Source of the DNA: Nitrosopumilaceae archaeon
GTDB lineage: Archaea; Thermoproteota; Nitrososphaeria; Nitrososphaerales; Nitrosopumilaceae
Assembly (NCBI GenBank): GCA_052389415.1
Contig: JBQTHX010000030.1
Span: 1 to 64,000, forward strand
Direction: 5' to 3'
Length of the DNA stretch: 64,000 bases
Made by a program: the position numbers and the translations under genes. This document shows positions 49,186 through 59,747 of this stretch, piece by piece; position 1 is the stretch's first letter; each line of letters starts with the position of its first letter. Below the pieces are notes generated by a model. That model was not told where the DNA came from and did no database searches. It saw only the letters and a list, made by a program, of their open reading frames with translations.

Positions 49186-50481
49186 GTGATCCATGTTCCT
49201 CTATTGAGTAATTCGAATCGTCTTTTTTTAGAAGCAAAAAAACTCATTCCATCAGGAATAAACAGTCCAGTTAGATTTTATGATCCATATCCATTTTTTG
49301 TAAAAAATGCGAACGGAAATATGATCATGGATGTAGATGGTAATGGATATCTTGATTTCTGTAATGGTTACGGAGCATTACTATTAGGCCATAGAAGAAA
49401 AGAAATCCTATCAGCCGTATCATCACAATTAAAAAAAGGCACATTATTTTGTGCACCGACAGATCTTGAGGTAGAATTATCTAAATTGATAAAATCTAAC
49501 TTTCCTCTCATGGAAAAGACAAGACTAGTTAATACCGGAGGAGAAGCTACAATGACTGCCATAAGGATTGCACGTGGTTTTACGAAAAGGAAAAAAATAA
49601 TAAAATTTGAAGGATGTTATCACGGAGCACATGATTTTGTACTTGTAAAGGCTGGATCAGGTGCAGCTCATCACGGAATTTCTATTTCAGATGGTGGATT
49701 AGAGGAAATTTCTAAAAATACTCTTGTGGTACAATATAACAATCCACATGAACTAGATCTTGTCCTTAAAAAACAAAAAGATGTCGCATGTGTAATCATG
49801 GAACCAGTACTGGCAAACATGGGTCTTGTTTTGCCCGAAAAAAATTTCCTCCCAGAAGTTAGAAAAATAACAAAAGATCATGACGTGCCACTCATATTTG
49901 ATGAAGTAGTGACTGGATTTAGAATGTCTCCTGGCGGCGCACAAGAATACTTTTCATTAAAACCAGATATTGTGACTCTAGGAAAAGCGCTTGGTAATGG
50001 CTTTGTAATTGCTGCAGTGGGTGGAAAACAGGAGATCATGAACCAACTTGCCCCTCAAGGCAAAGTCTATCAAGCAAGTACATATGCAGGCAATCCAATT
50101 TCAGTAGCTGCTGCGATATCCTCTATCAAAACCATAAACAAATCCAAAAACAAACTCTATCCAAAACTTGACAGGTTTTGTGCTAGTTTGGCAGATGCAA
50201 TCCAGGATTTGGCAAATGATCTAAACATTCCTAATCAAGTCAATGCAGTTAGTTCAATGTTTCAAATCTTCTTCACAAAAACCCCCGTGACAGATTATAT
50301 CTCTGCAAAAAAAGCAGATGTACAAAAATTTAAAAAACTATTTCACTCCTTGCTAAAAAATGGTGTCTTTATAGCACCTTCTCAATTTGAAACTGTTTTC
50401 TTGTCAGACGCACACACACAAGATGACTTGAATAAGACAATAGACGCCTATGATAAATCACTCAAAATGGTGAAGAATTGA
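49186..50481 (+). CDS. hemL: Glutamate-1-semialdehyde 2,1-aminomutase
   Basis: GINSPVR, KFEGCYHG, FDEVVTGFR, TLGK (PLP Lys), APSQFE. Confidence 0.94.
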   Translation: MIHVPLLSNSNRLFLEAKKLIPSGINSPVRFYDPYPFFVKNANGNMIMDVDGNGYLDFCNGYGALLLGHRRKEILSAVSSQLKKGTLFCAPTDLEVELSKLIKSNFPLMEKTRLVNTGGEATMTAIRIARGFTKRKKIIKFEGCYHGAHDFVLVKAGSGAAHHGISISDGGLEEISKNTLVVQYNNPHELDLVLKKQKDVACVIMEPVLANMGLVLPEKNFLPEVRKITKDHDVPLIFDEVVTGFRMSPGGAQEYFSLKPDIVTLGKALGNGFVIAAVGGKQEIMNQLAPQGKVYQASTYAGNPISVAAAISSIKTINKSKNKLYPKLDRFCASLADAIQDLANDLNIPNQVNAVSSMFQIFFTKTPVTDYISAKKADVQKFKKLFHSLLKNGVFIAPSQFETVFLSDAHTQDDLNKTIDAYDKSLKMVKN

Positions 50482-51413
50482 AGTATAAAATAGGAACAAG
50501 AGGCAGTCTGCTCTCCCTTGCGCAGACTAGGTGGGTTATTTCAGAACTAAGAAAAAAATCTCCTGAAATTACATTTCAAATTGTAACAATAAAAACTAAA
50601 GGGGATACAGATGCAAGACCACTCTTTACGATCAATCAAAAAGGAATCTTTGAAAAAGAAATAGATCGTGCTGTAATTGAAAAAAAAGTTGACTTTGCAG
50701 TTCACAGCCTCAAAGACGTACCAACTGACTTGCCGGAGGAACTTGTTTTGGCATGCGTTCCAAAAAGGGAGGTTGCAAATGACATCTTCGTTTCCAAGGA
50801 TGGCAACTCACTTGTAACGATAAAGAAGGGAGCAATAGTTGGAACAAGTAGTTTACGAAGAGCAGTACAGATATCTAGAATAAGACCAGATCTTATTGTA
50901 AAACCAATCAGAGGTAACATTGAAACAAGACTAAGAAAAATTGATCAAGGTGAGTTTGACGCTGTTGTACTTGCAGAGGCGGGAATTTTGAGACTTGGGC
51001 TAGATGTAAAATTTGAAAAACTATCAACAAAGGACTTTCCACCTTCTCCTGGTCAAGGTGCTTTGGCAATAGTTTCAAGAAAAGATAATTACCCCTTAAT
51101 TGAACAATTAAAAAAAATAGAAGATCCTGATTCAAGATATGCTATTGAAGCAGAGCGATCACTCTCCATTTTTGTGGACTCTGGCTGCAGATTTCCAGTT
51201 GGTGCATTTGCAGAAAAAAAAGAAGATCATCTAAGCCTCAGTGTAATTGTGTACTCGGTTGATGGCAGTAAATCAATTGCTGTGGAAACTGCAGGAAACT
51301 TTCTTCAGGCAGCAGAGTTAGGAAAACAGGCTGCTTCAAGGCTAGAGAAAGAGGGGATTGCCGAACTTGCAAAAAATTGGAGAGAAAAAGTGGAGGAATG
51401 GAACAAAAAATGA
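50478..51413 (+). CDS. hemC: Porphobilinogen deaminase
   Basis: IGTRGS, VHSLKD, GTSSLRR, RGNIETRL, GQGALA, GCRFP. Confidence 0.95.
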   Translation: MKYKIGTRGSLLSLAQTRWVISELRKKSPEITFQIVTIKTKGDTDARPLFTINQKGIFEKEIDRAVIEKKVDFAVHSLKDVPTDLPEELVLACVPKREVANDIFVSKDGNSLVTIKKGAIVGTSSLRRAVQISRIRPDLIVKPIRGNIETRLRKIDQGEFDAVVLAEAGILRLGLDVKFEKLSTKDFPPSPGQGALAIVSRKDNYPLIEQLKKIEDPDSRYAIEAERSLSIFVDSGCRFPVGAFAEKKEDHLSLSVIVYSVDGSKSIAVETAGNFLQAAELGKQAASRLEKEGIAELAKNWREKVEEWNKK

Positions 51414-52153
51414 GTGGACGAGTTTACATTGTTGGGGCAGGTCCTGGTGATCCTAAACTCATTACCATAAAGGCCATAGAGACAATCAAGAGGGCAGATG
51501 TTGTACTTTATGACAGATTAATTAGTAAAGGGATACTGGCAATGATTCCAAAGACTGCTGAAAAAATTTATGTAGGAAGAGAAGTAGGAGATGATTACAA
51601 ACATCAAGACACGACAAATGAACTGATGGCAAAACTCGCAAAAAAGAAAAAAAATGTTGTTAGACTCAAGGGTGGTGATCCGTTCATTTTTGGAAGAGGG
51701 GGAGAAGAAGCAGAGTTTCTCAGATCAAATAAAATAAAATATGAATTGGTTCCAGGTATCACATCCGGCATTGGTTCAGCTGAATATTCTGGAATACCGC
51801 TTACGCATAGAGATTATTCTTCGTCTGTTGTTTTTGTAACAGGTCATGAGGACGCAAAAAAAACAAAGACGTCTGTAAAGTGGAAGAAACTTGCAACCTC
51901 AGTAGATACAATAGTCATAATGATGGGTCTTTCTAGATTAGAAAAAATATGCCAAGATCTAATCTCTGGCGGTTTGGCCAAAAAAACTCCGGTAGCCGTA
52001 ATACAAAATGGTACTACTCCAAAACACAGAATGATAATGGGAAATCTCTCCGACATATCACAAAAGGTGCGTCAGGCAAAGATTAAACCTCCCTCCATAA
52101 TTGTAGTAGGTAAAGTAGTAAATTTATCAAAAATAATAGGTTCGAGAAAATGA
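51410..52153 (+). CDS. cobA: Uroporphyrinogen-III C-methyltransferase (start probably 51410)
   Basis: VGAGPGDP, VRLKGGDPFIFGRGGEE, VPGITS, IPLTHR. Confidence 0.94.
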   Translation: MSGRVYIVGAGPGDPKLITIKAIETIKRADVVLYDRLISKGILAMIPKTAEKIYVGREVGDDYKHQDTTNELMAKLAKKKKNVVRLKGGDPFIFGRGGEEAEFLRSNKIKYELVPGITSGIGSAEYSGIPLTHRDYSSSVVFVTGHEDAKKTKTSVKWKKLATSVDTIVIMMGLSRLEKICQDLISGGLAKKTPVAVIQNGTTPKHRMIMGNLSDISQKVRQAKIKPPSIIVVGKVVNLSKIIGSRK

Positions 52154-52947
52154 TATCTGGAAAAACAGTTGCAATAACTCGTTCAAAGGAGGATTCTGAA
52201 GAGTTTATCGAATTAATAAGAACAGCAAATGCCAAACCAATTCCACTTCCCACGATAGAACTTGTGAGCAAAGGTGAAAAGATAGTAGACGAATTCCTAT
52301 ATACTATAAAAAATGATGATCCAGATTTTTCTGTATTTATGAGCTCAAAAGCAGTTAAACTTCTGTTCGATACAGCAAGAAAAATTTTAAAATTTGAAAA
52401 CCTTCAACTTGCAATTGCTAATACTACAGTTATCGCTGTAGGGCCTAAAACAAAAGCAGCTCTTGAAAGCGAAGGAATCAGAGTTGCATACACTCCACAA
52501 CATCGATTCTCCTCAGTAGGTGTCGGTGAAGTTTTTACAAAACTAAATGCTATTGGAAAAAAGGCAATAATTCCAAGAAGTGGCGCATCTACTCCTTTTC
52601 TTGCACAACTTTTAGAAAAAATTGGAGTACAAGTAAAGGAGCTTTATCTCTATGATGTTTGTCCATTTAAAGATCCTTCTCAATGGAATGAATTTCGTAC
52701 ACTTTTTTCAGATAACAAGATAGATGGCATAATATTTACAAGCGCATCGTCAGTGAATGCCTTCTTTGAGATAATGCTGGTAGATTATGATAAAAAAATG
52801 TTATTAGAAAATTTACTAAAAACAAAATTAGTTGCAATTGGTCCATTTACTGCTGATGAGTTAAAAAAATTCGATTTGGTTCCAATTGTTGCAGATGTTC
52901 ACACTGTTGCAGGAGCATTTGAAACAATAAAAAATTGTTTTAATTAG
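52150..52947 (+). CDS. hemD: Uroporphyrinogen-III synthase
   Basis: VAITR, AVGPKT, FTSASSV, AIGPFT; hem operon context. Confidence 0.9.
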   Translation: MISGKTVAITRSKEDSEEFIELIRTANAKPIPLPTIELVSKGEKIVDEFLYTIKNDDPDFSVFMSSKAVKLLFDTARKILKFENLQLAIANTTVIAVGPKTKAALESEGIRVAYTPQHRFSSVGVGEVFTKLNAIGKKAIIPRSGASTPFLAQLLEKIGVQVKELYLYDVCPFKDPSQWNEFRTLFSDNKIDGIIFTSASSVNAFFEIMLVDYDKKMLLENLLKTKLVAIGPFTADELKKFDLVPIVADVHTVAGAFETIKNCFN

Positions 52948-52978
52948 CTTGAGCTATTTAGCTTGACCTACTCCGCTG

Positions 52979-53013
52979 TACAACTCGTAGCAGTTGTAGA
53001 ATCTATTTATAAT
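52979..53013 (+). promoter_or_regulatory. Inverted repeat (putative operator) just upstream of the sufB TATA box
   Basis: TACAACT-cgtagc-AGTTGTA (52979..52998), then TTTATAAT (53006..53013). Confidence 0.55.
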
Positions 53014-53024
53014 ATAACGGGGTT

Positions 53025-54434
53025 ATGAACCGCATGACCACTGAAGATCTCAATATGGATTATAGTAAATACGATTTCAAGGATTCTACTGAGATGTATG
53101 TTTATCTTAGCAAAAAAGGTCTTTCGCGTGGAACAATTGAAGAAATTAGCAAACTAAAAGATGAACCACAATGGATGCTTGATTTTAGACTACGCGCATA
53201 TGATGTTTTTATGAAAAAACCAATGCCAAACTGGGGAGGAGATTTGGACAAAATTGACTTTAACAATATCTATTATTATGCAAAAGCTTCTGAAAAGACA
53301 GAAAAGAGTTGGGACAATGTTCCGGCTGATGTTAAAAATACATTTGATAAGTTAGGAATCCCAGAGGCAGAGAAAAAATTCCTTGCAGGCGTGGGTGCTC
53401 AATATGAATCAGAAGTTGTTTATCATAATTTAAGAGATGACTTGGCAAAACAAGGCGTTAAATTCTTAGATACTGACACTGCTCTAAAAGAAGAACCTGA
53501 AATCTTTAGAAAATATTTTGGTAAAATTATTCCGCCAGAAGATAACAAATTTGCAGCGCTAAATAGTGCAGTCTGGAGTGGAGGATCTTTTATTTATGTT
53601 CCACCAGGAGTTAAGGTGGATCTACCATTACAAGCATACTTTAGAATTAACGCACAAAATATTGGCCAATTTGAAAGAACTTTGATTATTGCTGATGAGG
53701 GAGCAGAAGTACATTATATAGAAGGATGCACTGCACCAGTTTACTCTTCTGAGTCACTTCATTCTGCTGTAGTAGAGCTTGTTGCACTAAAGAACGCAAA
53801 ACTACGATATACAACAATACAAAATTGGAGCAACGATGTTTATAATCTAGTTACAAAACGCGCCTATGCATATGAGGGTGCAAGAGTTGAATGGATTGAC
53901 GGGAACATTGGAAGCAAACTGACAATGAAATATCCAGGAATTTACATGCTTGGAGAAAGAGCCCACGGAGAAACACTGTCTATCGCATTTGCAGGAAAGA
54001 ACCAACATCAAGATACTGGTGCAAAAATGGTGCACTTGGCACCTAATACAACATCAAGGATTACATCAAAATCAGTTAGTAAAAACAATGGAAGAACGAC
54101 ATATCGCGGTCTATTACATGTCGCAAAGGGTGCAACAAATGTCAAGGCTTCTGTGAGATGTGATGCACTGCTCTTAGATGATATCTCAAAGACTGATACC
54201 TATCCATACATGGAGATAAACCAAGAAGATGCTACTGTTACTCATGAAGCAACTGTGGGGAAGATAGGGGACGAACAGATATTTTATCTCATGAGCAGAG
54301 GATTTTCAGAAGAAGACGCATTAACTCTAATCGTAAACGGCTTCATTGAACCATTTACCAAAGAACTTCCAATGGAATATGCAGTAGAACTCAATAGATT
54401 AGTAAAACTTGAAATGGATGGCTCAGTCGGTTAG
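53025..54434 (+). CDS. sufB: Fe-S cluster assembly protein SufB
   Basis: [42 protein letters not shown]. Confidence 0.96.
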   Translation: MNRMTTEDLNMDYSKYDFKDSTEMYVYLSKKGLSRGTIEEISKLKDEPQWMLDFRLRAYDVFMKKPMPNWGGDLDKIDFNNIYYYAKASEKTEKSWDNVPADVKNTFDKLGIPEAEKKFLAGVGAQYESEVVYHNLRDDLAKQGVKFLDTDTALKEEPEIFRKYFGKIIPPEDNKFAALNSAVWSGGSFIYVPPGVKVDLPLQAYFRINAQNIGQFERTLIIADEGAEVHYIEGCTAPVYSSESLHSAVVELVALKNAKLRYTTIQNWSNDVYNLVTKRAYAYEGARVEWIDGNIGSKLTMKYPGIYMLGERAHGETLSIAFAGKNQHQDTGAKMVHLAPNTTSRITSKSVSKNNGRTTYRGLLHVAKGATNVKASVRCDALLLDDISKTDTYPYMEINQEDATVTHEATVGKIGDEQIFYLMSRGFSEEDALTLIVNGFIEPFTKELPMEYAVELNRLVKLEMDGSVG

Positions 54435-54457
54435 ACTGAACTTCGCTTTGATATAAC

Positions 54458-55858
54458 ATGATATCGTTTGTACTATCAAAACTTGACTCAAGTCATATAG
54501 ATGAGATATCAGAGGCAAATAATGAACCGTCATGGCTTAAAGATTACAGGAAAAATTCCTTTGCAATTTATAACGAACTTCCTCCAGAAGTATCTCCACT
54601 TTACAACAAATACTCTGATGCAAACAAAATGGATAACGACCAAGTTTCCTTCTCATTAAGCTCAGATAGCACTATTCCAAGTTTTGTAAAAGATAGATTG
54701 GCTGAAATTTCAGATAATCCAAGTGTTATACAGATTGGTACCAACATTCACAAAATAAATCTTGATTCCGAACTGAAATCAAAAGGACTAGTAATATGTT
54801 CTATACACGATGCAATAAAAAATCACTCAGACAAAATCAAAAAATCTCTTGAATTGATAGATCCGAAAAAAGATAAGTTTATTGCTCTAAATAATACGTT
54901 TTTCAACTCCGGTTTTTTCATTTACATACCAAAGAACTTAATTTTAGAAAAACCAATCCATGTGATCTCATCACTTTCTATTGATGGCACTTCTACCATT
55001 TCACGTAATGTCGTTATAGGCGAGGAAAATAGCAAAGCGACAATAGTTCAAGAATTTTACGCACCTGTAAACACAAAACAGCAAGCTTATCTTGAACTTC
55101 TAGATGTTGATGTAAGACAAAATAGCGAACTTGAAATTGTCACTTTACAAGCGATGGCACAAAACGCAATCAACTTTTCAACACGTATAGGAAATATTTC
55201 ACGTGATGCGCAAATGAATTGGTATCTAGGGTTATTTGGAGCACTGCTTTCTAGATATAAAATAGATAATTACCTAAGGGAAGTTGGTGCTACTGCAAAT
55301 GATACAGAGGTTGTATTTGGAAACAAGAATCAGTCGTTTGATATTACATCTAATCTTATACATCTGGCACCATCTACCACAGGCCGGGTCCTGGAAAAAT
55401 CTGTTCTAAAGGACACTTCGAAATCTCTATTTAAAGGAATGATTAGGATTGAGGAAAAAGCTAACCACTCAGAATCATATTTAGCTGGACATTCTATCTT
55501 ACTAGATAAAGGGGCTAAATCTGATTCTATACCGGGTCTTGAAATATTTACAAATGATGTGAAAGCAACTCATTCTGCATCAGTAGCTCAACTAGACAAT
55601 GAACAAATCTTCTATCTGGGATCCAGGTGTCTTGATAAATCTGAAGCTCAGAAAATCATAGTAGAAGGATTCCTTGAACCACTTTCAAGAAAGATGTCGC
55701 ATCAGATACGAGCATGGATTAATTATCTGATAGATTCCAAATGGCTTGGTCGTGATCTTACCATAAAAACAGATGAACAGCTAAAGGCAATACTTGAGGT
55801 AGAAGAAACAAGATATCGTGAAACTGATATCTTTGAAAGCCACTACAAATACAGGTGA
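54458..55858 (+). CDS. sufD: Fe-S cluster assembly protein SufD
   Basis: SufBD beta-helix, PGLEIFTNDVKATHSASV, FYLGSR. Confidence 0.9.
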   Translation: MISFVLSKLDSSHIDEISEANNEPSWLKDYRKNSFAIYNELPPEVSPLYNKYSDANKMDNDQVSFSLSSDSTIPSFVKDRLAEISDNPSVIQIGTNIHKINLDSELKSKGLVICSIHDAIKNHSDKIKKSLELIDPKKDKFIALNNTFFNSGFFIYIPKNLILEKPIHVISSLSIDGTSTISRNVVIGEENSKATIVQEFYAPVNTKQQAYLELLDVDVRQNSELEIVTLQAMAQNAINFSTRIGNISRDAQMNWYLGLFGALLSRYKIDNYLREVGATANDTEVVFGNKNQSFDITSNLIHLAPSTTGRVLEKSVLKDTSKSLFKGMIRIEEKANHSESYLAGHSILLDKGAKSDSIPGLEIFTNDVKATHSASVAQLDNEQIFYLGSRCLDKSEAQKIIVEGFLEPLSRKMSHQIRAWINYLIDSKWLGRDLTIKTDEQLKAILEVEETRYRETDIFESHYKYR

Positions 55859-56175
55859 GAAAATTGTCAGATTGGATAAAGGCGTGTAGTATTCAAAAAC
55901 TTGGCAGAGGTGAATTATTTGGTTTTGATTATCAAGAAAAGAAACTTCTCTTAACAAATTTTAACGGTAGTATCTTTGCCACAGATAGAATTTGTACTCA
56001 TGCAGAAGCTGATCTTTCAAATGGAATCATAACCGAAAATGGTATAACCTGTCCTCTACATCTCTCTGTTTTTGATCTTAAAACTGGAATGCCGCAAAAC
56101 CCTCCTGCAGAAAAACCACTTAGAACCTACAATGTTAAAATAGAACAAAATGAAATCTATGTAGAGGTAGACTAG
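55855..56175 (+). CDS. Rieske [2Fe-2S] ferredoxin
   Basis: CTH...CPLH ligands, FDLKTG, PPA. Confidence 0.9.
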   Translation: MRKLSDWIKACSIQKLGRGELFGFDYQEKKLLLTNFNGSIFATDRICTHAEADLSNGIITENGITCPLHLSVFDLKTGMPQNPPAEKPLRTYNVKIEQNEIYVEVD

Positions 56176-56178
56176 ATC

Positions 56179-57423
56179 TTGCAAACCAGCACAATAAATA
56201 TTGAAAATATTAGAAGAGACTTCCCGATTCTACAACGTAAAGTTCACAATAACAAACCGCTTGTATATTTTGATAATGCAGCTACAACACAAAAACCAAT
56301 TCAAGTGATTGATTCAATTCATAATTATTACCTTAATTATAATTCTAATATTCATAGAGCAGTGCATCAGCTAGCAGAAGAGGCAACTGCTGCATACGAA
56401 CTTACTAGAGATAAAGTTGCGAAATTCATTAACACTAAAAATCGTGAAGAACTTATCTTCGTAAGAGGAACCACTGAGGCAATAAACTTAGTCGCATATT
56501 CTTGGGGAAGAAAAAATGTAAAGAAAGACGACATTGTAGTAACCACTGAATATGAACATCATAGCAATATCGTTCCTTGGCAACTTTTGACAGAGGAAAA
56601 AGAAGCAAAACTAGAATATATCGGAGTAGATGATAATGGTGAATTAATCCTTGATCAACTTGATCGCTATCTTGATACAGGACGAGTAAAACTTGTTACT
56701 TTCAGCCAGATGTCAAATGTTCTGGGTACTATCACAAATACCGAAGAAATAATCAAAAAATGTCATCAAATAGGAGTCAAAGTTCTAGTTGATGCAGCAC
56801 AGTCAGTCCCACACATGAAAGTTGACCTACAAAAACTTGATTGTGATTTTTTGGCATTCTCAGCTCATAAAATGCTTGGACCAACTGGCGTTGGAGTTCT
56901 TTGGGTTAGAAAAGAGATCTTGGAAAATATGCAACCATTCAATGGTGGTGGAGATATGATTAGAGAAGTTCACAAGTATGAAACAACTTGGAATGATCTG
57001 CCTTACAAATTTGAGGCCGGAACTCCAAATATTGCAGATGTCATAGGATTTTCAGCAGCCATAGACTATCTAGAAAATTTAGGAATGGACAAAGTAAGAG
57101 AACATGAAATTGAATTGACAAAATACGCATTGGAACAAATGTCTGCAATAAAAGGTATGAAACTTTACGGTACCTCCGATATGAAAAAGAGAGGTGGTGT
57201 AATTTCATTTAATCTAGGAGACATACATCCACATGATCTTGCCACTATAATAGATGAAGACGGTGTAGCAATACGTTCTGGTCACCACTGCGCTCAAATC
57301 TTGATGGAAAGATTAGATGTTTCTGCAACATCTCGCGCAAGCTTTTATATTTATAATACAAAAGATGAAGTGGATGTTTTTATTAGATCACTCAATAGAG
57401 CAAGTGAGTTGTTTAGAATTTGA
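56179..57423 (+). CDS. sufS: Cysteine desulfurase (group II)
   Basis: YFDNAATTQKP, EHHSN, SAHKM, FEAGTP, RSGHHCA. Confidence 0.96.
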   Translation: MQTSTINIENIRRDFPILQRKVHNNKPLVYFDNAATTQKPIQVIDSIHNYYLNYNSNIHRAVHQLAEEATAAYELTRDKVAKFINTKNREELIFVRGTTEAINLVAYSWGRKNVKKDDIVVTTEYEHHSNIVPWQLLTEEKEAKLEYIGVDDNGELILDQLDRYLDTGRVKLVTFSQMSNVLGTITNTEEIIKKCHQIGVKVLVDAAQSVPHMKVDLQKLDCDFLAFSAHKMLGPTGVGVLWVRKEILENMQPFNGGGDMIREVHKYETTWNDLPYKFEAGTPNIADVIGFSAAIDYLENLGMDKVREHEIELTKYALEQMSAIKGMKLYGTSDMKKRGGVISFNLGDIHPHDLATIIDEDGVAIRSGHHCAQILMERLDVSATSRASFYIYNTKDEVDVFIRSLNRASELFRI

Positions 57424-57860
57424 GTAGTGCAGACATTTATCGAGAAATAATATTAGATTATTATAGAAATCCTAGAAACTTTGGTAAAATAGATAATCCA
57501 GACATTTCAAAACGTGATAGTAATCCATTATGTGGTGATGAGCTAGAAATGCACATTAATTTAAAAGACAACAAGGTTTCTGATGTAAAATTTACAGGAA
57601 AAGGTTGTGCAATAAGTCAGGCAAGTGCATCTATGCTTACAGAATTGATCATGGGGAAGGATTTTGATTATGTTAAAAAATTAACAAAAGAAGATATTCT
57701 TGAAAACCTGGGATTGCCAGACCTTGGTCCGGCTAGGATAAAATGTGCACTTCTCTCGCTAAAGGTTCTAAAATATGGGATCTACTCGTATGTGTCAGAA
57801 AAGCTAAATGACAATACATCTGCAGATAAAATAAAAGAAGAAGCATCTGGTTTATTCTAA
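57420..57860 (+). CDS. sufU: SufU/IscU-type scaffold or sulfur-transfer protein
   Basis: NPLCGD, GCAISQASAS, RIKCA. Confidence 0.9.
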   Translation: MSSADIYREIILDYYRNPRNFGKIDNPDISKRDSNPLCGDELEMHINLKDNKVSDVKFTGKGCAISQASASMLTELIMGKDFDYVKKLTKEDILENLGLPDLGPARIKCALLSLKVLKYGIYSYVSEKLNDNTSADKIKEEASGLF

Positions 57861-58196
57861 TTGTCCAACTGGCCTTCAACACAAATTCTATTACAATTAA
57901 GAAGGATAATCTTTGATAAATTCAATGATACTGATACACGATTCACAAATGACGAAGTCTTTGATATTTTAAAAACTCAAGACAATGCTAAAATTTTAAC
58001 AATAGATGACATGAAACCCTTTTTTGACAAACTTCATCATGACGGATTTCTCAGACCTATAGCGCAAAACTTTACCACACAGTGGTTTAAACTCTTTAGT
58101 GTAGTAGAGTCAAAACACTGCAATTCATGTAACCACGAAATTCACATTGGAAAACTAGAAGAGCAAATCTGTCCATCTTGTAAATCATCTATTTAG
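57861..58196 (+). CDS. Hypothetical protein, wHTH-like with C-terminal zinc ribbon
   Basis: Abuts the sufU stop; CNSC...CPSC. Confidence 0.72.
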   Translation: MSNWPSTQILLQLRRIIFDKFNDTDTRFTNDEVFDILKTQDNAKILTIDDMKPFFDKLHHDGFLRPIAQNFTTQWFKLFSVVESKHCNSCNHEIHIGKLEEQICPSCKSSI

Positions 58197-59397
58197 ATCT
58201 GTATCGCTGTGCAGCTTCTTCAAGGGATTGAATCATTGGAAGCTTTACTCCTGTCAAATATAACACCAGAGCTCCGCCTGCTGTGCTTATGTGATGTATC
58301 TTTTCTGCAAGACCGTACCTTTTTAGTGCTGCAGTGAGATGTCCTCCACTAACAATTGTGGTTGCAAAAGAATCTGCCACTCCGCGAAGCAGACTCTCTG
58401 TTCCAAACTTAAAATTGTCATTTTCAAAAAATCCAGCAGGGCCACTGATAAAGACTGTCCCCGCACCGCGTATTGATTTCATATAGTGTTCTACTGTTTT
58501 TGGGCCAAGGTCTAGAATCCTGTCTCCTTTGGCAATATCCCTGACATCCATCTCTACTCTTTTCCCATTGCGTTCTATTGCAATATCAACAGGTGTTGAA
58601 AAAACATCAGGATACTCACCAATAAGTAAATGGGCTTTTGTGACTACCTCTTCTTCTCTTTTGATGTCTAACGGGAATTTTATCCTGCCTTGTGCTCGCA
58701 TGAATACGTTTGCAATAACACCCGTAAGTAGGACTTGATTTGCTCTACCACTTTGAATTAATGTCTTTATGGCCTCTAATCTGTCCATTACTTTGGAGCC
58801 TCCTAGAACCACCACGTGAGGAGCTTTTGCCACAGTCATTATCTCATCAAGCTTACGTACTTCACGCTCTACCAATCTTCCAGCACATGACGGTAAAACG
58901 TGTGAAAATCCTACTATAGACGGATGGGCTCTATGTGAACTTGGAAATGAATCTAATACACAAAGATCAAAAAGCTTGGAAAGTCTGCTTACCATGATAG
59001 TCTTTGATGCTTCCGCAGGCGTAAACTCATAATTTTCTTCAGCGCACAATCTCAGATTATCAAGCAAAAGTATCTCGCCATCCCTCAAATTTTTTATTTT
59101 ATTTTGAGCCTCAGAACCAATTACATCTTCTACATACTTTATGGGACGATCAAGAATCTTTTCTAGCACTTTTGCATGTTTTTCCATTCCTGTGTAGTCT
59201 TTGTTTCCAACTCTTCCCTGATGTGAAGCAATGACCACCTTTGAGCCTTTAAGATCTTTTAGAGATTCAGTTGATTCACGTATTCTACTCGTTTCAATTA
59301 TTTCCATCGTCTTTGGATCTATGGGGCAATTCATGTCCACTCTGAGAAAAACAGTTTTTCCTTTAGTTTCAAAATCGTCAAGTGTGAGGAGTTTCAC
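58189..59397 (-). CDS. pgk: Phosphoglycerate kinase (archaeal type)
   Basis: RVDMNCP, SHQGR, NLRL, VLGGSK, DLGPKT, GGH, HISTAGGA. Confidence 0.94.
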   Translation of the reverse strand: MKLLTLDDFETKGKTVFLRVDMNCPIDPKTMEIIETSRIRESTESLKDLKGSKVVIASHQGRVGNKDYTGMEKHAKVLEKILDRPIKYVEDVIGSEAQNKIKNLRDGEILLLDNLRLCAEENYEFTPAEASKTIMVSRLSKLFDLCVLDSFPSSHRAHPSIVGFSHVLPSCAGRLVEREVRKLDEIMTVAKAPHVVVLGGSKVMDRLEAIKTLIQSGRANQVLLTGVIANVFMRAQGRIKFPLDIKREEEVVTKAHLLIGEYPDVFSTPVDIAIERNGKRVEMDVRDIAKGDRILDLGPKTVEHYMKSIRGAGTVFISGPAGFFENDNFKFGTESLLRGVADSFATTIVSGGHLTAALKRYGLAEKIHHISTAGGALVLYLTGVKLPMIQSLEEAAQRYRSK

Positions 59398-59747
59398 GAC
59401 GATCCTATCTTTTGGTATAGTTAAAATCTTTTAGTCCTGCATACGGATCAAATCTTTGTCTATTCAGTATCAACTGTTCAGTTTACGATTCTTTCTTTTC
59501 ATAGGTATTTCGTATGATTTCCTAAAGACAAATTTCCATTTTTTGAACCGTCTTTTTTTCAAACCATAAGGTTGACTCAGAATCTGTTATCCTTAAAGAT
59601 GCAATAATCTAGCGATTGAATTTTCCATGATGACAGTTATTGATAATTAATTCATTTTGTATTAACTGTGATATAATGTCATTTAATATGGAGAAACCGT
59701 TTGATCAATTAAATACGGATATGGAAAAATGGCTATGGTGTAAGTAG

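Noticed and set aside
59430-59740. ~300-bp intergenic region checked for a small ORF or C/D sRNA (ATGATGA present)
   Set aside because: Only short interrupted frames; no properly placed CTGA D box.
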